From the NCBI GenBank assembly GCA_963693365.1, contig CAVNZM010000011.1, forward strand, positions 6,095,921 to 6,159,920: a stretch of 64,000 nucleotides of DNA, read 5' to 3'. The notes below the pieces were generated by a model. The model saw only the letters and a program-made list of their open reading frames with translations. It was not told the origin of the DNA and did no database searches. This document shows positions 41,701 to 54,887 of this stretch, piece by piece. Within the stretch, counting starts at the first letter, position 1; each line of letters starts with the position of its first letter. A program made the translations under genes and the position numbers. Source of the stretch: Amoebidium appalachense (Eukaryota; Protista; Ichthyosporea).

Positions 41701-42334
41701 ATCGGCCATGGGAGATTCTTGAGCTGATTGAAAGATGTGAGATTCTTGAACTGATTGAAAGATGTGAGATTCGAAGGATGCGAGATTCTTGAACTGCGCG
41801 GTCGCCAATGTAAACAGTTGGCAATGTAAAACAGTGTCCTGCCGCGGTCGCCAATGTAAACAGTTGGACTAGTTAGGATAAGGCAGAGTACAACTGAATC
41901 AAAATAAAGACAGAGAACGGGTAGAAAGGCACACGCGGCCAGGTTGCTTTTACTATGGGCCGACTCAGTCTGTCTCAGACTTCACTGATGTGATCCCCGT
42001 ACTGGGACGGCTTTCTTATATAGCCCCCAGGTTTCGGATCAAGGCCCAGGATTGCTTCATCCGCGGCCAGCGCGGGTGGCAACATGCCATTCGTGATTCT
42101 GGTGCGGTCCAAGCCAGTCAGACCTTCGTCCTATTTATGCAAACCTCTTATTGGTTCACTTCGTTTATGTGGTATGCAGCGGAAGAACCATATATGGTTC
42201 AATTCTTAGGTCAGAGTGAGTCCTATTGGTGCGGACATAATATTTATGTGATATTCATGACAAAGCACGAATCGTGTGCTAGTAGATCACATTCTTTAGT
42301 AAACATGTACAGTTCATGTGTACAGTTGTTTACA
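38741..42334 (-). mobile_element. Non-autonomous Ty3/gypsy-derived LTR element (family A), copy 1, 3594 bp
   Basis: 480-bp TG...CA LTRs at 38741-39220 and 41855-42334; 5-bp TSD GTCAC (38736-38740 / 42335-42339); [13 protein letters not shown]; PBS TGGCGACCGCGGCAGGAC. Only eroded pol remnants lie inside. Confidence 0.95.
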
Positions 42335-44753
42335 GTCACGGCAGCACTAAGCTTAACATAAAAATGAAATATATAGGTGTACCAAAATTATATATTGTAA
42401 TATTTGGTTGTGTTTGAAATCAAAACTAAATGTACTGCATACCCACACCGACGGGTAGCGCTGCCAGTGGCCAGCCGCTGAGGGCTGGGGACATGTGACA
42501 CGTACACGTGCGTAGACACAGCCAATAGACACGCACCTTGAACTCCTTGTAAACCCTCTAAACTCTCAGGTTTTTTTCCTGCGGGTTCGTGTTGTAACCA
42601 AAATTTCAGGAATCTAAGACCGCGCCACCAGGGGCCATTATACAAACGAGTGTAACCATGGTAATACATACGGAAAAAGGAGTCTCTACAACCTAGAACC
42701 AGTTCCCTTTTTTATATATTTCAATTTATGAATTTTTGCAATACGAAAGACAACACTCAAGGTTATGTTTCAACGGAAGTTTACCAGGCCTAAAGCTTAG
42801 CTAACCCGATAAGAGAAAAGATGCAACTCCCTCTTTCTTTTCTCTTCCTGTTTTTTTCTGCCTTCTCGCGTTATTACCATATGCAGTATAAGTTTCTTTC
42901 TCGTTCTGATAGAGAAATCAAAGGTAAAACTCGGTCGGCATGTGTTATGTTCGCAACACCGTACTGACCATTATCGCTTTTTGGGAGCTTTGGCAGGATA
43001 CATTTCTCCTGCTGTTCGTATGGATACCACCCTAGTAGATAAGTCTGTATGGTGCTCTGATGTTGATATTGCCTGGGAAGTTGTGCAGTGGCGTTGTAAT
43101 TCTTGTTTTCATCGCCGCTGGTGCCACTTTTGTGCTGAACTTTTTAATCGCAAGCATGTTGATAGGTGTGAGTTTTTATGTCGCGTTTTACCTCTTTCGC
43201 TACGGGTGTCTGCTACACTAGCTGGTAATGTGAACACTTTAGACTTTTTGTTGAATTCTATTGGTCGTCACATTGAGTATTTATATGCTTTTTCACACAG
43301 TGTTCAGGTATCTCAGTATGCACTGGCACTTGTTACTGGATAACTCGTGAAGTTTTTATTGTCTTCTCAGTATCCTGTGCATACTTGCGGCATATCTTTC
43401 CGTCGAATAAATCCAGTCAAAAGAAAAAAAGCAACTCCCCACTCTCAACGGTGAGTGCTGGGGGTTTTTTCAAAAACAGTGACGTCGTCTCTCCACCCGG
43501 GGCGGCAGGGCTTGTAATTCGTTTTTATCATAGTGGATGTTAGGGAATCGAGTGCACATTTTTCGTAACCTCAAATGGAATTAGCGGCTTTTGTTTTCGA
43601 ATTTCAGAATCCTTTTACTGGCAAGTGGCACAGCAATTTTAACCCCTGAAGCCTGGGCCGTCACTGATTGGTACGCAGATTTATCACATTTTGAAAGACT
43701 ATTGGAACACATTTTGTTTCATGGACATTGTTATATATGTATTATTAGAAAGAAGCGCCATAAAATTATAATTTTTTGTAACCATGAGATTACGAAGTAA
43801 AGCGAGTAAGAATGTAGCATCAGTAGCCTGACAAAACGGCAAATGCAACAAATGTGCACCAATCAAACGTCGTAGATGTCATTCCTCCTTCAAGCCGCAA
43901 AGATGCCTTTCAGTGCACAGTTTCTTGAATCGACTGTGCTATAAAACAGCTGTTGCTGGCTCATTTCACGTCAGTTCTTCGGGTGTCTTATGGTTTCTTA
44001 GATTGGCAGAAACGGGTGGTTGAATCAGTTGTCTTCCTTAGTAACAAACACAGGAGCCCGTGCCGGGTTGGCAGCTGAGGTATTTCTTCCCGTAAACCAA
44101 CAAGATTGCCCTTCTAACATGATCATATGATTTCTTAATCGTTTTACCCTTTGTGGGCATACATAAATTCTCCTTTTGTAGTAGTTGGGTCGTTTTTTCT
44201 CGTGTGTTAAGATAGCATGTCTTGTGTTACAAAATCACCCTCGTTGGACGCTGATTACGTAATGCAATATTAGCAATGAATGGTGTTTTTTTTAATGATG
44301 GGTGCACAATTTCCCGAAATCGTAGGAATTCAAAACCGTTAACGATGTTCCTTTAAACGTTGTAAACATGCACATGCATACTTTCCTCTTAGTGCCTACA
44401 GCCGGCGTTTTGACATGCCTCCTGAGCAGGTTTATACTGGCTGTCACTCGCCTGTTAGCGTTGTTGTGTCGCTTTGTAACGAGTGCCAAGAGTACATGAT
44501 AGCGTTGTGTGACTGTGAGAGTGTGTGCACATGTCCGTATAATGGCCCTCATTGAGATTGCTGATCGTATTTACTCCTGCACGCACAGAAAGAGATGGAT
44601 TCAGGTTCACGTGGGCCCAACCGTGAGTGTGATAAATACAAGTCTCATCAGGAGGAGGGTGATAGCACCCACGAGCCAGATACGAGTGAAGACGAAAATG
44701 TAAGTGTATATGTAGCCCCCCATATTTTATTGGCAGTGTTGCCTTTCCTGCAC

Positions 44754-44906
<153 letters not shown>

Positions 44907-45489
44907 CGTGTGACACACTAGATAGTATGTTACGGATGCAGTGCATATGATGGGGCTTGATTGTGGAAGTATTGGATGACATTGTGCTGAAAGGTTTGCA
45001 AGGAGTCTGTGTAGCTTTTAGTACGGAATGCAAGTGGTATTAATGTACCGTCAATGAACTGAAAGGTTAAAGACAATAACTGCAATGGTAAAGGCCAACT
45101 TTGACATGTCGATCTATACCACAACAACACATATCACACCGTACTATAGTATACCGTGCTTGCAGAACGTCTGTTTTTATCGTCCATTGTGGGGGCTTAT
45201 GATGCCTGTGTTAGTAAGTTTCAAGTAAGAGTTAATGGTTAAAGGCCAAGTACCCGGGCCATTAGGTCTAACCTTTTTCTAACGTACCAAACCATGTTAC
45301 ATTGTGCACACCTATTCCAAAAAGGCCTGGTTATCTGTCATTGCCATTCGTTTATATGCAAGGAAATGTCACTATGCATGTGGGTTGGTTTTTGATAGTG
45401 AACCGAGTCCATGTCCCCTTCTTCATATTTTTATTGTGCTCGATGACGGATAACCCATCTGGGCTGTGTGTTTACACTATGACATGCAG

Positions 45490-46785
45490 GATTCAACCGA
45501 AGGTGGTACCGGGGGCAAACCCAACAAGAACTTACTTGGACCAGTTGTATTGTCTTGGAGGAAAAGAAAGAAAAGGCCCATTTCACCCCATCAGGAACAG
45601 AATTACGGACTGGAGGCGTTGCGTCCCTTGTTTTCCCGCCGGTGAATGCCGCGGAGGACATGGCCGGCACAAGTCCCTGTGTCCCACGTGCACCAACAAA
45701 GGCTCCAAAGGCCACAGCGCCACCAACGCCTCCACAGTGCCCACGCCGGTGACGCCCGACCCGCCTCGAGGCCCCCACAGCCGGTTTATTCCAAAGGCGG
45801 GCACAAAGACGACGGAGACACCCCCCACAACACCAGTGTCGGTCCCCCAAAAGTCAAAACTAACAGCGTCCCCCGCGGCCCATGTGACCCGGGTATCTGC
45901 CAAAGCGCCAGAGGCAGTGGGCACGGCGGGGGGGACGGCAGCGACGGGTGCCTTGCCGACGGGGGTGCCACGGGGGGGGACTGCGGCGGCAGCCAAGGGG
46001 GCGTATATTACACGGCGGTCACGCGCCGGGCGGTTTTGAACGGTTCATGATTATGCCGATGCATCAGCGTATCGACAAGTTGAACGAAAATGTGGCGGGG
46101 CTCCGGGAGGAGGTGCGTGAGCTTGCAGGCATGGTCGGTGATTTGACCAGGACAGTCGCAGGACACGACCGGCACCTGCAGCAGGCTACCGACGTGCTGC
46201 GTGAGTTAACCTGCAACTTCCCGCTGGTGTACCGAGTGCTGTGTCAAATCTACCCCGAGCAGTTCCCCCCTGCTCCCCCGCAACCTACCCCCACCACTCC
46301 CGCCCCTGACCACCCCGCCGCTGCCCCTGCCCACGGTGGTACCATCGGCGTCGTCCCTGTTTCAAGTTTCGTGCAAAACCCCCCCGCCAATGTCCCCGCC
46401 ACTTCTGCCCGTGACCCCCGCGTCGCTGCCCCTGGCCGCGGTACCATCGGCGCTACCCCTGCTTTCGTGCCTGCCCCTGCCCTTCTGCTATCTCCTCCCC
46501 CATATGGCCCCACCGTTGCTGCCCACGCGCCCGTGCCTGCCGGGGTTCCCTCCTCCGTCGCCCCGTCCACCACTCACTGAGCCCGTGGCCCCCTCCTCCG
46601 TCGCCCCGCCCACCAACACTGAGCCCGTGGCCCCCTCCTCCGTCGTGCCTACCACCAACACCGCGCTTGGTGCCCTCTCCGCCGCCACCACCACTGCACG
46701 TGCCACGTCTGGCAACCAGGAGGAGCTCACGAGCCCCGACCAGTCAACCGGGGACCGTCACGAGGCCCCGCCGAGCACCTGTACC
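45490..46785 (+). pseudogene. Coding-like region: Cys/His motif, Pro/Thr-rich linker and coiled coil; frameshifted and truncated at the gypsy complex
   Basis: CVPC...C..GHGRHKSLCPTC motif, then HQRIDKLNENVAGLREEVRELAGMVGDL heptads in another frame across G-runs near 45970. Confidence 0.5.
46575..46780 (+). repeat. ~205-bp direct repeat, partner at 54381-54587
   Basis: Both encode TEPV.PSS.APPTNTEPV.PSS..PTTNTALGALSAATTTA.ATSGNQEELT.PDQSTGDRHE. Confidence 0.9.
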
Positions 46786-46789
46786 TTAG

Positions 46790-47411
46790 TCTAAGTCAAA
46801 CATAGCTGCCAAATTCGAGCCGTTGTCCGATACTAAAAATTCCGGACGACCGTGACGGCAGTAGATGGAGTCTTCGAATGCTTTTGCTACGTCTTCGGCT
46901 GTGGGTGTTTTGTGAAATAAAATCACTTCCGGCCAGCGAGTGAAGAGGTCGAGAAACACCAACAGGAAAACTCTGAGATCAGATTTTGTAGGCATCTCAG
47001 TAATGTCCATAGACACGTATTGAAAGGGATAGGTGGGTACAAAACCATCGTGAATTCGTAGTTTCTTTTGCATTCGAGGTGTCTTCCGGTATTGACAGGC
47101 TTTGCATGTGGTTACCCACTGCAGTGAGTCTTGCCATACACGTGGCCACCATGCTGTCTGGGTAACACGGTGGAAGGTGCGTGCTGCGTCGAGGTGACCT
47201 GCGGTTGGGGCGTCGTGACATGCGGCCAAAACCAGGCGCACAAGCGTAGACGGCACCCAAATTCGTGGTTCCTTGCTGGGTTTGCGGGGGCCACGCTGTT
47301 CTAGGACCCACACATACACAAGGTCATTGTCTATGGTGCAGCGACTAGCTTCCATCGCGATTTCGTTGCCAAATAATTCGTAGCCCGGTGCTTTTTCCAG
47401 GTAGGCCCTGA
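46790..47411 (-). mobile_element. Ty3/gypsy integrase N-terminal half (HHCC zinc finger and first two catalytic Asp)
   Basis: CHDAPTAGH...WWP...TCKAC, PFQYVSMDI, FLDLFTRW, HGRPEFLVSDNGSN. Confidence 0.9.
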
Positions 47412-47995
47412 CTCAAGTTAGCAATGTGTTTATCAGCCTTCTGTGCTGACACATACTGTTCATAGGTGGGCATTCGTCCATCCGCTTTTGGGGGAATAAA
47501 TTCCGGCGGCGTGGTATTAAGTTTCGTGAGTTCAGCTGGGGGTGGTGGGTGGCAGCTTGTGCCTGCGCTGTCGCTGCGGCGGAGCGTGTTACCGCAAACA
47601 CCGTGGATGAGCCCGAGACTGTGCCGATCAGTGAGGGGTATGTCAGCTCAGTATCTTCGGGTCCTGGTTGCGCATTTTTTTTAGATGGCCGAGAGAGTCC
47701 ATCAGCATTGCTGTGGTGTTTGTCTGCCCTGTGCTGAATTTCGTATGTGTATAGGCAGCCGAACGCGAACTGCTAAAACATGAGACGAAGCCTACATGGT
47801 TATGTTGATATCGGACACCCATCCTATGTGTTTTCCCAGAAGAATATTTATGTCAATAATTTCCACAAATAAAACCTGTGTTCATTTTTGTTTGTGGGTG
47901 CCAGTGTCTTCGTAACTTTGTTCGTGTTTTTCTTCATTTTCAGCATCAGAATCAGTGTAGCTGAGTGTGCGCGCAAGCACATCCTTATATGTAAA

Positions 47996-50900
47996 TTACG
48001 TGGGGAGTGCGGGAGGTGCAATTACCTTGGGATCGGTGCACCCAGATGGGACCGGGGACAAAGGCTTCTTGCCTGTGGTGGGTGGGGGAGGACGGGGGGT
48101 GGTGGGCACCGTCGTATTTTTCACACGTGCCTCAGCCACCAACTGTGCTTCCCGCTCCAACTCAGACCATTTCGCGGACGTGCACAACATTCTAGACAGT
48201 GTGGTGTCTTCCATCTGCGAAATCTCACTGTAAATCTGCGCGACATCAGCTTCGAGGTCCATCACAGGCCGCCCTGTAAACAACTGTACACATGAACTGT
48301 ACATGTTTACTAAAGAATGTGATCTACTAGCACACGATTCGTGCTTTGTCATGAATATCACATAAATATTATGTCCGCACCAATAGGACTCACTCTGACC
48401 TAAGAATTGAACCATATATGGTTCTTCAGCTGCATACCACATAAACGAAGTGAACCAATAAGAGGTTTGCATAAATAGGACAAAGGTCTGACTGGCTCGG
48501 ACCGCACCAGAATCACGAATGGCATGTTGCCACCCGCGCTGGCCGCGGATGAACCAATCCTGGGCCTTGATCCGAAACCTGGGGGCTATATAAGAAAGCC
48601 GTCCCAGTACGGGGATCACATCAGTGAAGTCTGAGACAGACTGAGTCGGCCCATAGTAAAAGCAACCTGGCCGCGTGTGCCTTTCTACCCGTTCTCTGTC
48701 TTTATTTTGATTCAGTTGTACTCTGCCTTATCCTAACTAGTCCAACTGTTTACATTGGCGACCGCGGCAGGACACTGTTTTACATTGCCAACTGTTTACA
48801 TTGGCGACCGCGCAGTTCAAGAATCTCGCATCCTTCGAATCTCACATCTTTCAATCAGTTCAAGAATCTCACATCTTTCAATCAGCTCAAGAATCTCCCA
48901 TGGCCGATCACAATCCTTTTTACCCCGATGATAGGCACATCTTTCCTTGTCCGGCTTAGAATATATACACCTACAAGTTTGAAGTGGCCAGCCCACCTAC
49001 ACGGAAAGAATTGAAAGCATGTAAAACTTCTTTTGCTACGACACATCAAAAATGTGAAGAAAAACGAATACACAACGAAACAACGAATACACGAACAAAC
49101 GAATAAAGAATTGCTAACGAAGCAATGAACCAACGAAAAACGAACCATCACGAATACGCAATGAAATAAAGAATTAACGACAAACGATTGCATAGAGGAA
49201 ATACGAAATGAATGCAACACGAAAACAAAACGAAGTAACGAATTTATCAAACGACAAAAAACGAAAAACGAAAGCAAAATGAACTGGAAATACGAAAATG
49301 CAAGAACGAATGCACAACACTGCTTGGGTTGCAATGCACACAGCCCCCTCTATGTTAGGAAGAAAATAAAACCGTTGCCCTTGCGTGCATTGCGCTATTG
49401 CACACTGTCATCGTGTCCATGCCACCGCATGCACCTCCACACTCGCAAGCCAGATGCACGGCCACTTTCAGCACGAATGCATTTAAAGAAGAAGATAGTC
49501 GCTGTTCCTATAGCATGTAGGACCTAAGATCTTATGAAAGTAGTGTTGCATGCATGCTTCGAATTTCTTGCTGTTTTCGAATACAGCATGCCCCATAGTT
49601 TAGCGCACAGGATGCACAACATGCGCATGAATGTATGCTGGCATGCCTAAACACATTACGAACATATGCCTCATGTATGGCGGCCCTTCCTGGTGCCACG
49701 CCCTAACAAATTTGCACTCTTGGTGCACAAAAGGCATGTAATAAAGTCGATGCAGAACTTTTGTTCATGCATGTGAAAAACAAAGAAGGTGTTGGGTACG
49801 AATTTTAAGGTGAATGCCCGTCTGTGGCAATACTGTGTAACATACCAATTACACTGTCAAGCCTTGCACTAGCTGCCGGCACACCCCCACCAGAACAAAA
49901 GAATGTGGTATGGGCACCGTTCCCTCACAACCCCAGCATACAGCGTCAGTATTTTGGCTGGAAGCCTTTCAGTTTCGAATTACGAATACCCTCCTTCACT
50001 ACTGAAGAAAGTGACGTGGAAGACAAATACGAATACGAATGCAAGGTGTTGTTGACTAACACATCGGACCATCATGTGTACCTACTAGGCCCTGGTACGG
50101 AGGTGACCATGTTATTCCCTTGCAATATGATGACACTGTAACAATTTAGCACGTGCATACCCCACCAATGGGCACATGCGGGAGACAACCCCACAAGCTG
50201 CCTTATTGGGCACCTCTGCTAAAACGAATATTCTTCTCACGAAGGAACAGAAGAATGCCACGAACACGAACCACACACCCCCCAGGCAGCTACTTACGTC
50301 TGATGTATGAAAGTAGTAGGTGTGTGAACGGGGTAACTTCATGAACACCAACACGAAAGAAAGCACAGCACAAAGCAGTTCCACGAATACGAATGGTTTT
50401 GGTATTCCACACAACGAACAGAACCTACAGTAGGGCCACCTACAAATGAAGCAGAGGATGGGGCACCATCCAGACCTGCACTGGAGGATATGAAAACACG
50501 AAGCGCGCTCACGAAGTTGCTTACAAAAGAAAGGGCGACTCCGACGACTTTTCTTTTTAGGCCAAGCCTCCAGAAGAATGTATTATGCCTGGAATCCCCC
50601 TGCTCAACGAAAATGGCTGGCAAATGGGATACGAAAACTGCTCACGAATGGAAGCATGTGTTTTCTGAAGGAGGCTTGCTTTGCCTACCCTCTTCTTATG
50701 AATTATGAACCGGGCTTTTACTGGTTCTGACGGGTGATATATTTCTTTATGTCGCCCAACGAAGAACACTTGGGCATTTTTATTCTGTTTTTCCCAGCTC
50801 CGATGATGCAGGGTTAAAGCTGAAAGGAAAGAAGTGCTCTTTGTTCATGAAAGAAGTGGCTTTTCCGGCCATGGTGACTCGCCTTACAGTCTTATGGTAG

Positions 50901-52419
50901 AACCGGGATAAGGAGCAGTGGCTAAGCCTTGAAGCTATCCACCACTACCTGAGCTACGAAGTGACCTAAGGCTCGAGTTATATTCATTATCGAATGTTTG
51001 GTATGATCATTCATCCACACAACCAAATTACTCGCAATTGAAAACGAATCTGCGGGAGTATCCTAAAAAGGAAAAATTCCCAAAAAGGAAAATACTACTT
51101 CTACAGAAAAGCCAAGCACAGAGACGAAGGCTTAGCGAATTATTCGCACGCACACTCTGCAACAATCTTCGCCACGAAAATGAAATCACAGAAGAATGCT
51201 GCATGAATTTACGTTTTGGCAAATGAAGAAGTGCTCATAGACGTGCACAACTCTATTCCACCGTCCTTGCTCTGTTCTGTCCAGCAGCTCGGCACACACA
51301 AGAATTCTCGCTGAAGGTTGTTTATCGCCTCTCAGCCTGGTGGTTTGCTTGTCTAACGACACCACCAGGCTCCCGACAAGGGGGGGAGTGTAAACAACTG
51401 TACACATGAACTGTACATGTTTACTAAAGAATGTGATCTACTAGCACACGATTCGTGCTTTGTCATGAATATCACATAAATATTATGTCCGCACCAATAG
51501 GACTCACTCTGACCTAAGAATTGAACCATATATGGTTCTTCAGCTGCATACCACATAAACGAAGTGAACCAATAAGAGGTTTGCATAAATAGGACAAAGG
51601 TCTGACTGGCTCGGACCGCACCAGAATCACGAATGGCATGTTGCCACCCGCGCTGGCCGCGGATGAACCAATCCTGGGCCTTGATCCGAAACCTGGGGGC
51701 TATATAAGAAAGCCGTCCCAGTACGGGGATCACATCAGTGAAGTCTGAGACAGACTGAGTCGGCCCATAGTAAAAGCAACCTGGCCGCGTGTGCCTTTCT
51801 ACCCGTTCTCTGTCTTTATTTTGATTCAGTTGTACTCTGCCTTATCCTAACTAGTCCAACTGTTTACACGCCCAGCATCGATTGCAGTTTGAATGGCACG
51901 TCTCAGAGTTTCAATACGATAGAACTTGGAGAGAACACGGCCCCGCACCTCTGCCAGAGCCGTGGCAGTGTCCCGGTCTTGTTTCGTTTTTTCCTTCGTT
52001 GCTACTTGAAGTTCGTTCGTGTGTTTGTTGGGGTTCGTAAGTTCGTTGTTCGTCGTCTGTTCGTTGGTGTTCGTGTGTTCGTTGATGTTCGTATTTTCGT
52101 GGGTTTTCGTGTGTTCGTTGCGCTTCGTTTTGTGTTTGGGTTTCGTGCTTTCGTTGGGCTTCGTTTGTTCGTTGCCAGTGGGCTTCGTAGTTGCCTTTGT
52201 GTTCGTGTGTGTGTTGGGTTTTGTGATCGTGTTCCATTTCTGGGTAGCACGAGGCTGTGTAGGGGGAGGGGTGGGGAGTGTTTTCGTGCCCTGCCCCGGA
52301 GTCTTGGCTTTCTTCTGCGTTGGGGGCGGCGGTTTGACTGCGGTAGGCTTCTTGGTGTCACGTGTCAGTTTGCTTTCATTGTCCGAGAGTACAGGGTAGT
52401 CGTCAAATTCGCCCGCCAT
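47996..52419 (-). pseudogene. gag-position ORF of gypsy family B, interrupted by family A copy 2
   Basis: The ATG at 52419 follows LTR, PBS and leader. Removing 48275-51868 plus one TSD joins AIDAGR|PVMDLEAD in frame. Confidence 0.7.
48275..51868 (+). mobile_element. Non-autonomous LTR element (family A), copy 2, 3594 bp, inverted relative to copy 1
   Basis: LTRs at 48275-48754 and 51389-51868; TSD CGCCC (48270-48274 / 51869-51873); PBS at 48756; PPT before 51389; RT remnants such as AGLKLKGKKC and PELRS near 50750-51000. Confidence 0.95.
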
Positions 52420-52471
52420 GGTTGAAGAGATTATTGAAAGATGTGAGATTCTGGAACTGCGCGGTCGCCAA

Positions 52472-52737
52472 TGTAAACAGTTGAAATAGTTGGGATAAGG
52501 CAGAGAACAACTGAATCAGAATAAAGACAGAGAACGGGTAGTAAGGCACACGCGGCCAGGTTACTATTTAATGTGCTCGTTCAGAGTGATCCCCCGTACT
52601 GGGACGGCTTGTTTATATAGCCCCCAGGTTCCGGATCATCTGGATGGGTGGCATTGATGCCTTCGTGACTTCTGACCAGTCAGAAGTTGCGGTCGTCTTT
52701 ATGTGCACACAGTGCACCAATAACATGAAGCTAACTA
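52472..52737 (-). mobile_element. Partial family B LTR (3' part), followed on the minus strand by a PBS
   Basis: Reverse complement of ~54029-54293, then TTGGCGACCGCGCAGTTCC. Confidence 0.9.
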
Positions 52738-53619
52738 GATGTCTGTCGAATGTTGGCTACAAAACGAATTTTTGCAAGTCCCTACAGCCCCCAGACCAAT
52801 GGTGCCGTAGAGCGATTCAATCGCACACTTAAGAATATTCTTGCCACTCTCGTGCAGGATAAACACCACGAATGGATTGACTACTTACCGCAAGTACTGT
52901 TTTCCTACCGCACCGCCTACCACTTTTCCTTGGGGGACACGCCATTCTTCATGCTTTATGGCAGGGATCCGGTCGAGGCCCCCCGCCCCCCAATTGCGGC
53001 TTCATGTGGGATGGAGACGGAGGAATACCGTCGAGAACTACTGCAACGAGTGCAGTATGCCCGGCAAACAGTCACACGAATTATGTCTGAAGCTGCCCGT
53101 CGTAGTAAAATCACGGCTAACAAAAATGCTCGTGAACCCACAGAACTCGAGGGTCTGGTGTTGAAAGCAGTCACAGACTCCACCACCGACCACAGTCTAC
53201 CCACGGCACTCAGACCTAAATGGGAAGGTCCGTATCGCGTCCTGCGGCGCGTTACCGACGCCCCCATGTCTTACGAAATTCAGCGGGTTGGGTCAACGGA
53301 CACCGTTCGAGCACACGCACGTCACTTAAAGCCGTATTTTCCCCGTGACGACGTTGATATGACGCCAGCCGACTCTGGTCCGCAAAATTCACCCACCCCC
53401 ACCTTCGAAGTGGCAAAAATTATTGCCCACAAGTACGACTCGGCAACTGCCCAAGCCCTTTACAAAGTTCGTTGGAAAGGGTACACGGCTAAGAACGACA
53501 CCTGGGAACCTCACTCCGGCCTGCAAGATACAGCCGCAGGAGCACTCACAGACTACCTAGGTACTTTGGTGGCCGGCCCTGCCAGCCAGCCCGTACGAAA
53601 GAAGCGCCGACGTCGCTAA
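52738..53619 (+). CDS. Chromovirus integrase C-terminal half: catalytic Glu, GPY/F motif and chromodomain
   Basis: SPYSPQTNGAVERFNRTL, TPFFMLYGR, PKWEGPYRV, FEVAKIIAHK...YKVRWKGY..KNDTWEP. Confidence 0.92.
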   Translation, partial: DVCRMLATKRIFASPYSPQTNGAVERFNRTLKNILATLVQDKHHEWIDYLPQVLFSYRTAYHFSLGDTPFFMLYGRDPVEAPRPPIAASCGMETEEYRRELLQRVQYARQTVTRIMSEAARRSKITANKNAREPTELEGLVLKAVTDSTTDHSLPTALRPKWEGPYRVLRRVTDAPMSYEIQRVGSTDTVRAHARHLKPYFPRDDVDMTPADSGPQNSPTPTFEVAKIIAHKYDSATAQALYKVRWKGYTAKNDTWEPHSGLQDTAAGALTDYLGTLVAGPASQPVRKKRRRR

Positions 53620-53684
53620 CTTCCCTCAGCCTGGTGGTTTACCGTCTCCAGACCATGCCACCAGGCTCCCGAGAAGGGGGGGAG

Positions 53685-54293
53685 TGTAAACATCTGTACA
53701 CGCCGTACATGTTTACTATTACGAATATACTGTACATATCATAGTGATCACGTAGATATTGTGTACATATGATCAGATCAATATCACACGCGACAGCCGC
53801 GGGCTGCGGCTCACGACTGAGCCGCGGCGCCGGCAATATGCAGTGGCCGTGCAGCCAGTACGAACCAATAGGAATTCGAGAACCGCTAGGATAGGAATGC
53901 AAGTCTCATCCACTACGGAGGCGACATCTATAGCTAAACGAACGGAACCAATAAGGAAATCAGACCCAGTTGCATAAACCTAAACGGGCTTAAGTGTTGA
54001 CCAATCATTTGCCACAAAGTTATCCTTTTAGTTAGCTTCATGTTATTGGTGCACTGTGTGCACATAAAGACGACCGCAACTTCTGACTGGTCAGAAGTCA
54101 CGAAGGCATCAATGCCACCCATCCAGATGATCCGGAACCTGGGGGCTATATAAACAAGCCGTCCCAGTACGGGGGATCACTCTGAACGAGCACATTAAAT
54201 AGTAACCTGGCCGCGTGTGCCTTACTACCCGTTCTCTGTCTTTATTCTGATTCAGTTGTTCTCGCCTTATCCCAACTAGTTCAACTGTTTACA
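53685..54293 (+). mobile_element. Complete family B LTR (609 bp) with both an upstream PPT and a downstream PBS
   Basis: GAAGGGGGGGAG|TGTAAACA...TGTTTACA|TTGGCGACCGCG; the R/U5 region is similar to family A LTRs. Confidence 0.92.
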
Positions 54294-54887
54294 TTGGCGA
54301 CCGCGCAGTTCCAGAATCTCACATCTTTCAATAATCACCATGTCTGCGCATGTCCCATCATCGGCCGGTAACAACGCTCGCACTGAGCCCGTGACCCCCT
54401 CCTCCACCGCCCCGCCCACCAACACTGAGCCCGTGGTCCCCTCCTCCGAAGCGCCTACCACCAACACCGCGCTAGGTGCCCTCTCCGCCGCCACCACCAC
54501 TGCACTTGCCACGTCTGGCAACCAGGAGGAGCTCACGGGCCCCGACCAGTCAACCGGGGACCGTCACGAGGGCCCGCCGGGCACCACCACCACGTCTAAA
54601 TGGCGTTCTACGAAGGAGTATGATCAAGGGAAGGAGGGGGGGGAGGAGAAAGGGGCGGGGAAGGACAAAAACAACGAGGAAGGAGGTCAGAAGGAGGGGC
54701 ATGGCGAGAGTACCAAAAGGGTGCGCGAGGGGAGTGAGATCGAAGGGGAGGAGGAAAGAAACAGAGAGTGGACTCAGTGGAGAATGAGTCGAGTGCGGGT
54801 TTAGAGGGGGGTGAGACGCCGGAGAGAGAGATAGAGTGCACTTGGGGGAGCGGGTGCGGGGACGTATCTTTTTACCTATGACGGGCG

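Noticed and set aside
41836-41853. tRNA gene
   Set aside because: Only the 18-nt 3' end is present, as a retroelement PBS; there is no cloverleaf.
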